From assembly GCF_964204645.1 (NCBI RefSeq), contig NC_134028.1:24176345-24240344 (forward strand): a stretch of 64,000 bases of DNA, given 5' to 3'. Source of the stretch: Tubulanus polymorphus. Taxonomy: Eukaryota > Animalia > Nemertea. How positions within the stretch are numbered: position 1 is the first letter of the stretch; each line of letters opens with the position of its first letter. The position numbers and the translations under genes were made by a program. The notes beneath the pieces are model-generated. The model was not told the DNA's origin. It did not search any database and saw only the letters and a program-made list of their open reading frames with translations. Positions 53,553-64,000 of the stretch are shown in pieces.

Positions 53553-53909
53553 ATGAAACGATGGCTTAGAGTCCACAATGAAACCATGGACCACTAGAGT
53601 CCACGCACGATGAAACCATGGACTACTAGAGTCCACGCACGATGAAACCATGATCGACTAGAGTCCACGATGAAACCATGGACTACTAGAGTCCAAGCAC
53701 GATGAAACCATGGACTACTAGAGTCCACGCACAATGAAACCATGGACTACTAGAGTCCACGATGAAACCATGGACTACTAGAGTCCACGATGAAACCATG
53801 GACTACTAGAGTCCACGATGAAACCATGGACTACTAGAGTCCACGCACGATGAAACCATGGACTACTAGAGTCCACAATGAAACCATCGACTAGAGTCCA
53901 CGATGAAAC
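53553..53909. repeat. 28/32-bp minisatellite, ~12 copies
   Basis: Unit GATGAAACCATGGACTACTAGAGTCCAC(GCAC). Confidence 0.95.
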
Positions 53910-54524
53910 TTCTGTCAGTTTCTACTCATTTACCGAAGTTGTTGATGAGAAGAGGCTGTAACTAACAACAAACCACTAGGTATTTGCTCGGATTGTATAC
54001 ATGTAAATGCCTCTATGAGAGACAAGGCATTTTAACAATAGCTGCCGAGCTCAGACTAAATAATACAGAATAGAATAGAAATCCGGTGGAGATAGAGGGA
54101 GAATAAATAGCCGAGACCAGACAGATAGAGATAGACAGAGATAACAGAAACACTGCACAACCTAAGCCGAAAAGACAATCGATACAGTCACATTGTAAGA
54201 TGCACAACACCCATTTGCGATAATAGGATTAAAGGCATCAATAGAGATAACGTCCGCTTGGAGAAAAAAATCCTAAATGAAAAGCGAACATGGCATGATA
54301 AGTTTGTTTAGTCGGTACTGAGCCCTCTGTCGCTGTGCTGCGAGGTGACTGTTGACGCTGTGAGGGACAGGCTGCGAGGTGACTGTTGGCGCTGTGAGGG
54401 ACAGGCAGTGTTTCTATGAAGATACCGATGAAGACCTCGCATACAGGTTTTATTCATGAGATGCATCATTCACACTAACGTTGGTTAGTCCACTCTGATT
54501 TGGCCCATACCTGAAACGGACTGC

Positions 54525-54851
54525 CATCCTCCCCGACAGGGATTCGAACCTAATGACACCGAGACTGCTATGGTACAAAACCCTACCACCCTAGCCTGAT
54601 AGCGCAGCTACATGTGCAGCTTAGATGATGTCAATGTTAGCCAATCAGAAATCCTTTTTTATTATAGCCCGGGTTTTTCCAGTTATAGTTTATCGTTAAA
54701 TTTGCCTTGATCATGCAATGAGCAATCTGATTGGCGCTGCCAGTTTTATCAGGACAAATCCACATGCACCCGGTCTAGTGTGGCAGGGTTTCGTGCTGTG
54801 CCTGAGTCTAGAGCGATCCCATCATGTTTGAATCCCTACCGAGGGAGGATG
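54525..54851. mobile_element. Inverted-repeat element with tRNA-derived arms, copy 2, nested in a MITE
   Basis: CATCCTCCCCGACAGGGATTCGAACC...GTTTGAATCCCTACCGAGGGAGGATG; flanked on both sides by family-B MITE sequence. Confidence 0.7.
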
Positions 54852-56538
54852 TGGTCCAGCTTGATGCAAAACTGATAGACAGGCAATAACGCGTCTGTTC
54901 TAAAATTTAGAACGGACCTGGATCAGTCTTATTGGTCAGATCAATTTAGGAACGGACTTTTCAGTATTTTGAACATTGGTCCATTCTAAATTAGAATGGA
55001 CTAAATTGAAAACGTTCAGTGCGAACATGGCTATTATTACGAAGAACACTTTTCCGGTAACAACGAGTACATTCGAAACAATACTTAGAACGATGGCTTT
55101 TAATATGATCGATGGTGTCAAGTACTACGACTAGAACCACATTCTCTCCCGTCTAAATTTTATGACCACTTTTAACATTGTTTTATCGAAAGCAAATAAA
55201 AACCCGCGATATCATAACCAGCAATAAAAACGGGCAGAATTGCACATGGCCGCTCGTAAATTCAAAAACATCGGCGAATCACACGCCTGAGGGGCACACG
55301 GATTTTCCGGCGATGACATCTACGACTATTTCATCAACAGCTCACGTCGGCTATTTCTGAACGTATGTGTCCTAGCGGAGTCGTTTAAAGTCATTACGTC
55401 TTCGGTTTCACAGCTGCACGACGACGACGACGACGATGATGATGGCCATTTCGTTCGTAATGTCGGACAATATCCGGCCGGGGATGACGAACGAAGTGTC
55501 GTCTTCAGCTGGCGACGCGCGATCGCTCGCTCGCTCGCGGACACTTCGTCGTATCGATTCGCGATTGACTGATGACGTACGTAGTCGTCGTTTTACTAGT
55601 GCCGTCGTACGTCGATCCGGTGATCCGGGGTTCCGACGAATCGAACACGCCGATCACGTATCAAACGGTTCGAATCGATCGTCAGCGCGACCAGCAACGG
55701 GCGTAAAAATAACCAGGGTTCGGTCGGTCGAGCTAAACGTTCGTCGACACGTGTCATCATTTCCGATGAGACCAGCAGCTTTATTCGGCGTGACGAGCAT
55801 CTGGTCATATGTCATTTTTACAGCACGTGACGAGACTAGGCAATTTACAATTTTTGCCGAGTGCACCAAGATTTTCACTGGAGTCCCTACAGATCAGTCA
55901 TTACTAGATATGAGGAGTACATCACCTCCGTTGAATAAAAGTTTGGCGAAAAAAATGCATACTGAATCATTCAATCATCTGATCAGTGATTCGCTTGTGT
56001 CAGTCTTGGTCTCCTGGATTCAATCGCAGGCAAATGACACGACTAAGATATTCGCCTAGTCCGTCACAAGCTTAATGAGAACTAGATTTTGATCGCAATC
56101 AATGTCGGTGAATGTTGCTATAGATAAAGGGAAGGGAATCTTCAGTCAGCCGGGTTGCCAATACATTTAGGAGAAAACTAATCAGGGGAGGGGAGTGGGG
56201 GGAGTGGGGGGATCGTGCATTACTAGCAAATCCTGCACCATTGTAACACAGGCATTTACAGCACATCAGAATCACCAGGATTTCACCAGATTGATATCAA
56301 CGGCTTTACTTAGCTCAGACGGTTTCCTCCTTCCCAGTTCGGTTCAGACTCGGAATTGATTTTCACGTTACGTAAAAGTGAAATTCGACGCTGATTTCGA
56401 CAAACGATCGTCTCCACCGTTCGCTGTCTATTTCCCTGCGGGCGAAAATTATTCGATAATTTGGATATTCAAATGCGTAATACGCGTACGAATGATCGAT
56501 CGCGACGAAGAATAGATGACAAAAATTCCAAGCATTGC

Positions 56539-56698
<160 letters not shown>

Positions 56699-57241
56699 AA
56701 TGTAAGTTCCTTACTAACTTTGAATACGGGGAAAAGACATTGGAACATAAGTTGATCGAAAAATGACATTCAGTACGCTATTTACTGAGCGAGCTATCAT
56801 ATCATTTTTTCTGGAATCTTGTCCTAATCACAAAGACTAATAATATGCGGCACTAGAACGATGACGAGCAGTTCTTTAAATATTTATTTGACGCGATGAA
56901 AGAATGATCAGTTCTATCGGACACATCTTTAATTCGCAACTCGCCGCCCGCGAGTCCGGCACCAATCAATCGTGGAAGCTAGCATCATCAGTAAACTGCC
57001 ACGAAATACTATCTGGATTTATATACCATATAGCGTATTACAGCATCAATAGATTTGAATTTGAAATAATCTCCATACTAGCTTTCGAATAATTAGACAC
57101 GAGAAGCTAGGTGATCCCTCAAAAATCCCCGGAAAAACATCATGTTCTATCATTACAGACAATTGCTTTATAAAAAAGTGAATAATGTGACTGATATAGC
57201 AGCAGATAGCACTAAATTTAAGTTTTAATTTTTGGGGATGA

Positions 57242-57436
57242 CCTTTAGTGCGTCTACACCCTGGTGCGGTGTACTGTTAGTTACTAATGTTTCACTGTTT
57301 GACAAGTGCTTCCATCTTTCAATAGATAAAAACTAATTACAATTAGTTACTGATAACATTAATACACCATGATGCGGTGTACTAGCAGTCATCACCGATT
57401 TATACCCTGCCATGCGGTGTAGATCCACTAAAAGGG
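57242..57436. mobile_element. piggyBac-type non-autonomous element
   Basis: CCTTTAGTGCGTCTACACC...CACTAAAAGGG-TTAA. Confidence 0.78.
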
Positions 57437-59925
57437 TTAAACAACCATTCTTGCTTCCCTGCCACTTTCCTCCGACAACAACAAATCGAGATAAACATAT
57501 TTTCCTATTAGTAATGATTAATTTTTTTCTGAACTCTTTGTGGCGGCAATGATGATAATACCAGCGCAAGTAAAACCACTTTGAAGAGTGACCATGGTAA
57601 CACTCAGTGAGACACGCGAAACAACAATTTATCCATATCAAACATTTCGACTTCGTAACGACTCGTTCGGCAGTTTAAGCGTAATAAAATATTCAGTGAT
57701 AACCATTCCTGAAGTTCTGATCACTGCACTTATTCAACATTCAATTATTAATGAATTTTCCCATTGAGATGATGGTTAGCCGGCAACGCACAAACCTACA
57801 CGCATATCCAGAGAACTGTATCACAATGCAACCTGGAGAAATAATCTATTTTGACTTGAAAGTAAAGATTCAGAATCTAAACCCATGTTTTCAGAAAATA
57901 TAAAGCAGATCCCTATAATCTACAAGTTCAAATGACTGAACTTTTCTCTAGTAGCCATACAGGTCTTCAACTACAAGTTCTATTGACTGAACTATTCTCC
58001 TAGAAGTCAGAAGTGGTTCAGTCAATAGAACATGTAGATGATAAGCTGGATGGCTTAAAGAGAAATAGTTCAGTCAGTAGAAGATGTAGAGGATGACCTG
58101 GCTGGTTATAAGAAAAATTGCTCAGTCGGTAGAACTTGTAAATGTTGACCTGGGAGGTTACTAGAGCAAATGCTCTGTTAGTAGAAGATGACATTGCTGA
58201 TGTAGATTTGATGGTTAATTGTACTTCAATCACGACAAGCTGATTACTTCATCGTTGTTGACGTTTTATGTCGACGGAATTCAATCTACGAACTGTTTTC
58301 TCTTTCCTGTCGCCGTCTTTCCGTCGGATGCTCCGACGTCTCTCCGATGCCAATAGAATTATTTCCAATCGCAAATGAGGCCTTTGTGCCGGTCATAGTC
58401 GGCGTTCAATCACTATCAAATACAGTTGAATGAACCGGTAACTGATCCACTAACATACTCGAAATTGCTCATTTCCTCGCTGATTCCTCATGGGAAACTA
58501 CTGCATTTTTTGAAAAATACTGGCACTTTCTTACGGCGATACACTCTTTAACAGCCACATCTAGTATTCTTGTCAGGTTACACGGAATGTTAAAACAGGA
58601 TTGAAGAAACTTGGATGAACAAAACCTAGTTCAACCCAAATATGCCGAATGCTTATCATTCATCTTATCAATAGCCGTCGAAAATGAAACTTAATTAGAT
58701 CAGCTTGCATAGTACATCTTTACATACAAGAAGCTCGGAGGGGTAAGTCTAGCTGGAAAGCTTTCTTAATTTTAAAGTTGTAAATACCACAAGAAAAAAT
58801 TCAAGAATATATGTCTGGCAAAGAGGAAGTGGTGGGTGTGGCTAGCTTATCAAATTTCCATAAAATCTTGAGCTAGCTCACTCTTCAAGATTACTGTTCG
58901 AAACTGATATCATCTTGCATGCCACAATAAGATTTCTTTATGTCAGGGGGGAGGGGATTTGGGGGTGTGGCGTGGGGCGGTGGGGGATCATAGCCAGATA
59001 TCAATTGATAACCCCTTTCAATAAGCTAGATAAGCTGATTGAAATTTTCCTCCAAAATACATCCGTATCTATAACAACAATTGCCAGACATTACTGGGGC
59101 CAGTTGCTCAAAACTTGGTTTAAGATAACTGATGGATAGATGCCATTGTCACTATGTCAACTATCCACTGGTTAACTTTAACCATGGACATATAAACTCT
59201 AGTTTATACTTGCATGCTCTAATCAACCTTCGAGCCACTGTCCGCTGATCTACACTTTTTAACGCAGGATTACAATCCCTGGTATATTGTAACCACTATC
59301 TATAATATATGCTAATGGAGTAATCACTTCAGTATATACATTTCTATTATCTACAATCTCTTTTTCAATGTTTACATTAATGTGTTCGTATTGAAGCATG
59401 CAGACAGAATTAATGACGTCCATGCATAAAATATATATAAGTAGTCAATCTTTTAAGTGATTCTAGTTGAATTCAAATGTTCGGTTGTGCATTGTTTTCA
59501 GTCGGTGCACGCGTGAAGTCATGTGTATTCATGTATTCCGCAAGCGCGTTGTTTTGCACAACACGTCCTCCAAACCGCACGCGATATTCAACTGCATAAC
59601 GAATCATTTCCAACCGTGAAGCAATTAAAACAAGTGATGTTAACAGCGCAGATATCCGGTCATACTTTCCAGCGAAATAATAAAAACTGTTAAAAGCAAT
59701 GAAGTGGTTTTGTACACGATGGTATATGTCGGTAGTCATTATAAAGCTTCATCAACATGAAGTCAGTAAAATATAGACGATTTATATCGATGAGAAGGTG
59801 ACAACCAGCAGGTCTGCACACGAAGTTTATAAACTCTCAAACCTGACCAATAAACATACAATTTAAGACCAAAGTGAAGGATAAGCTTGTATCGAAATTA
59901 TGGAGGAATGCTAGCATGTCAGTCA

Positions 59926-59998
59926 GCCCGGTTAGCTCAGTCGGTGGAGCATCAGGCTTTTAACCTGAGGGTCCTGGGTTCGAGTCCCATACCGGGCG
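59926..59998 (+). tRNA. trnK-UUU: tRNA-Lys(UUU)
   Basis: 73-nt cloverleaf: acceptor GCCCGGT/ACCGGGC, D stem GCTC/GAGC, anticodon stem TCAGG/CCTGA with loop CTTTTAA, TTCGAGT T loop; T-runs 8-20 nt downstream as Pol III terminator. Confidence 0.92.
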
Positions 59999-62670
59999 AT
60001 AATGATTTTAATATTTTTATCAACAATTATCAGTACACACTCTATGAACCTACTTATACTTTCACTGCCAGGATATAATGAAATACGCCTAGCAGATGTA
60101 CCGCCGCTTTGGTACCTCAGGAACAGTACCCCTCAAAGCATCTGTACCACCAGCAGTGATATACCGAGCAGCTGTGTGCAGCGTTCATAAACATCCTGAA
60201 TAGAGAGTGACACATGATGTCGCAGGTTTCTGATTCTACGCACAATTGTTACAGATAATATTCATAATCATTTCATCAATGACAATTTGTTATTGTCTCA
60301 TTGAAATATACCGATGATTGAGGCGACGAGGAAAAATAGAATTTTCCATTTCTGATAGCGGAATTTAATTCAAATGGCTTCATTAACAAAATCTATACGA
60401 ATATTTTCAAAAAGATTTGAAAGTAGATTTTGTTCTAAATTATGGCTGAACCACGGTGATCAATTAACACTATCCGACTACATCCGGCTTCAAGCCGAGT
60501 CAAAGTGATTCAGAATCAAAACTGCAACGACCTGAAGTTCAATGTCGAATTAAAGGTTAAACGTTCATCGAAACTGTATGAGGGAATTAAATTAAGCGTG
60601 GGGGATGTACAACGGATAAACAAAGACGGCAACATTCGGCGACAAGAGACAGTGATGTGAACGAGCAGTCAAACATTTGTGTAGATTTATACCTAAGTAT
60701 TCTCTACAATGTCGCGGTCAATCTCTAGACAAAGATAATCAGACAATCGAACAAATGGGACTTATATACTCAGACAATCAGATCACACGCGAACAAGGGA
60801 TAGCACGCGGGTAAACTCGATTGACGCGACTGGTAACATCATCGGTAAATGTGATCAGTTTCAAACAATTTCACGAACCGTCGATTAATATCAAATACGA
60901 GATTTCATCAAAACCAATTTCGTAATTGTGATACCACAAGAAACAACAACAGTAATGCATTATTTGCTGCACCGTTCGAATATGGCTTGCCTATAGCACA
61001 AATGTTTTTGACCTGGGCCTGATTTTGCTGATGCCAGATTTGACCATTCGCACTGCTACCAAATTGGCCAGTGCCTATTAAAAACTGGTCAAATGATCAT
61101 GTGCGAATGCTACCTGGTTCCAGAAGTGACTCGTTTCACTAACCACTGCATCATTTGATAATATCTTAGTAAATCAAGTCAGTGGTTTACGCGTGAACGG
61201 CGCTTTCTAATTAGACACGGACAATATTTGACTCGGTCTGATCCGGGCTAGTTTGACCAGGGCCAAGTCTTTGTGCGATTGCGGCTGCTGTCATGGATAT
61301 GGCTTTATCGAACAGTTGGAGACCGGAGTCGACTGATGGAGTCGACACGACTAATGAAGGCCATTGATAGACTTGAAACCTGACATGAATTCACTAACGT
61401 ACGATAATAATGATTTTGTTCATTCTGGTTGACGTCTATCCATGATATAGAAAATGTCGTCCAGGACTCAGTTCCACAGTTGCGAGTTAGTGTTAACTCT
61501 GAGTTAAGATTAGTTCATTTCCAATGAGTTAATTCCGAGTCAAATCTTAATTCACAACTGTGAAACTGGGTCTTGTGTTTGACATTCTCACATATACAAC
61601 GGTTATGTGTTCTACAGTAGACTCCGGTCCACTCGGATAATCGTTCAACTCAGATGACTTTTTAAAAATATTTTTTGTGATACTTTACATAACATCTACC
61701 TCGGATATTACTTAAGTCTTTAAAGTACCAAAAGATCCAACTTGAGCGGAGTCCACTGTAAATAGTTGAAACTATTTCCAGTCTAGATGAATATCATCGA
61801 TTATCAATCAACAATATCAACTGAAACAATTTATGTCTGATTTTGTCCTCTGTTAATATCTGTTCATGAGAGATTCCTGGTATAACTAACCCCCTGGTAT
61901 TGCAACTATGACTGTTATTTTCTAATAAACTCTGAACATAATAACCGTAAGAAAAACCATAATAGTTGTTGAAATTGATATTGTGGGTTTTTCTTAATGA
62001 TAGTAATGTGCTAACTGATGCTTTAGATATTACCAAAGTGCATTAAAAATAGGTAAAAACTCTCAACACCTTGATGGTGATGGAGAGTGTCTTGAGGCCT
62101 ACTAATAGGGGAAAAACTACTAGCAACAAAGCGGAACGATGAAATGACTTACTAAAAAAAACTGAAACAATTTGCTGAAAGATTCCGATGACAAAGGCCG
62201 TAAAATGATGATTGGATGATGTCATTGTATTCACCTTGAGGCAATCGCGTTTTGAAATTTTTCAAACACAAATTCGTGTTTTCCGTCGGTCGCCCGTGGC
62301 GCATTCACGCGACGACACAGTCGGGAAATTTAATTTGGAAGTTTGAGCGCGTTAAAAAAGATGAAAAATCAAAACAGCGTAGAAAAGCATTACGAACCTC
62401 AACGAGCATTAGAGGCGCCTCGAATACGAGATTACGATTCCCCTCCACCTTTCAAAATCCATCAAAGACACTATTGGCTTAGAGGGAGATAGAGGGAAGA
62501 AATCCACATCAGTCAAATGCAACAAGGAACCACAACTTCCCACCTATTGCCCCACTAAAGCTAGTTAGTCCATTTCATTTTGGCTTGTACCTCAAACAAT
62601 CCATAGAACCTATAGCTTCTATTCACACAGGGAAATGATCCGTTCTAAAATTCAGAATTGTTTGTTTGTT

Positions 62671-62674
<4 letters not shown>

Positions 62675-62761
<87 letters not shown>
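62675..62761. repeat. (AT)n microsatellite
   Basis: Read directly from the sequence. Confidence 0.98.
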
Positions 62762-62763
<2 letters not shown>

Positions 62764-63434
62764 TATTTCATCTCGCACAGATGAACACATTTGCTAATTC
62801 TATAATGGAACGGACGCTAATTCTATAATTTTGAACAGACTTGATTGAATTGCAACGACTTAATTCAGAACGGACTTTTTGCTAGTACGAACACTCGGTC
62901 CATCGGTCCATTCTAAATTGAAACGGACTAAATCTAGACCGTTCTACATAACATAACTTAGTGCGAATGCCGCTTTTAGCATTAGCAACTCAATTCACTT
63001 ATTCAGCATTTAGCTTATTTAGCATCCGCTTATGCAGCCAATTCCATAGCGACTCTAGAAGTAGACGCTAGCGATTGTGGAATTGGATCGCGGCAGCAGT
63101 TTCATAAATCTTAAAAAGAGATAGCGGAAAACCTAATGACGTCAATGCGGTGCACGCACAGACAGAGACATGCACGTTCCGAGAACGTTTTAATCCGACG
63201 ATTGAAACTTCCATGAATTTCGACCGCGATAAAATGAAAACGTCAAGACATCCGCCGGGACCATCAGTCTCAGAACAACCCACCAAATAATCGATGATAC
63301 CGACAGACATCTCGGTTTACTTAAATCAGAAAATGTCAAAGCGTTGACGCGTGCTGTAAAAAAAAATAAATCAACCTTCACGACGCTTCGAGAGTTCGAA
63401 TTCCGAGGTAAGCGACAGTAAGTTCTACGCTTAA

Positions 63435-63700
63435 CCCATCCAGTGCAACTACACCCCAGCGCGGTGTATAAATCAGCGATGCGGTGTACTGATGTAATAA
63501 CTAATTAGTGTTTGTCTCTATTGAAAGATGGGAGCACCTGTCAATCATAGTGATATATATTAGTAACTAACAATACACCGCACCGTGGTGTAGATGCACT
63601 AAAGCAATATTCCCGTTACTCAACACACTGGGGTGAAATTTGAGAAATGTTCGAATTATCTCCAGCACTATCGGGTATTAATTAGTTAGCTCTGAAAGGG
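63435..63700. mobile_element. piggyBac-type non-autonomous element
   Basis: TTAA-CCC...TGAAAGGG-TTAA. Confidence 0.85.
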
Positions 63701-64000
63701 TTAATAACCGTTGCTTCGGTTATTTATGTAAATTGGTTTTCGAGTCTTGCCATGTATTTCGATGTCCATTTTCCCAGGCGTCATACCCTCCCGGCGGGAA
63801 TATCAAGTCATTTCCACATCGCTTACCGAAGCTTTAATCAGGTTGGTCACTCGCTATCGCATGTCTGATGACTATTCAACGATGTATAGCTTCCAGGGAA
63901 GAGGATACTTCATCTTAGTTGACAGTTGTCTGTATTAGTAAGACATAAATACATGAATATAGTATGTTTCGTATGTACTACTATGTCGGCGATGTTTTTT

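Noticed and set aside
53553-53909. CRISPR-like array (also considered for 22678-23056 and 23668-23826)
   Set aside because: No unique spacers, no cas genes, eukaryotic intron context.
55436-56059. 207-aa plus-strand ORF
   Set aside because: Low-complexity Arg/Ser-rich translation of CpG-rich DNA with no domain signature.
61790-62240. Possible retroelement coding remnant
   Set aside because: No convincing RT, integrase or endonuclease motif in any frame.

Overview
AT-rich eukaryotic genomic DNA from an invertebrate animal (inferred from gene and repeat style; no prokaryotic features). Most of the window is one large minus-strand gene for a classical Ca2+/DAG-dependent protein kinase C. I could place 12 constitutive GT-AG exons (47980 to 14464: C1B, C2, hinge, kinase) that splice in frame. 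They are followed by two alternative terminal V5 exons: a proximal alpha/betaII-like exon (11655-11810) and a distal betaI-like exon (8160-8312). The pseudosubstrate and C1A exons were not found and presumably lie beyond 64000. A candidate hinge micro-exon at 29153-29187 has two donors 5 nt apart. One gives an in-frame 10-aa cassette; the other puts a strong-context ATG in frame with the kinase domain only, i.e. a possible directly translated PKM. The introns and 3' flank hold one tRNA-Lys(UUU), several MITE families with visible TSDs, LINE remnants, mini- and microsatellites, and a twin inverted tRNA-derived element. They also hold many short Penelope-like insertions with minimal hammerhead-ribozyme cores, several with 13-14 bp TSDs, one of them amplified inside a 1.67-kb tandem repeat at the left edge. 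All calls were made by eye; repeat boundaries are approximate.
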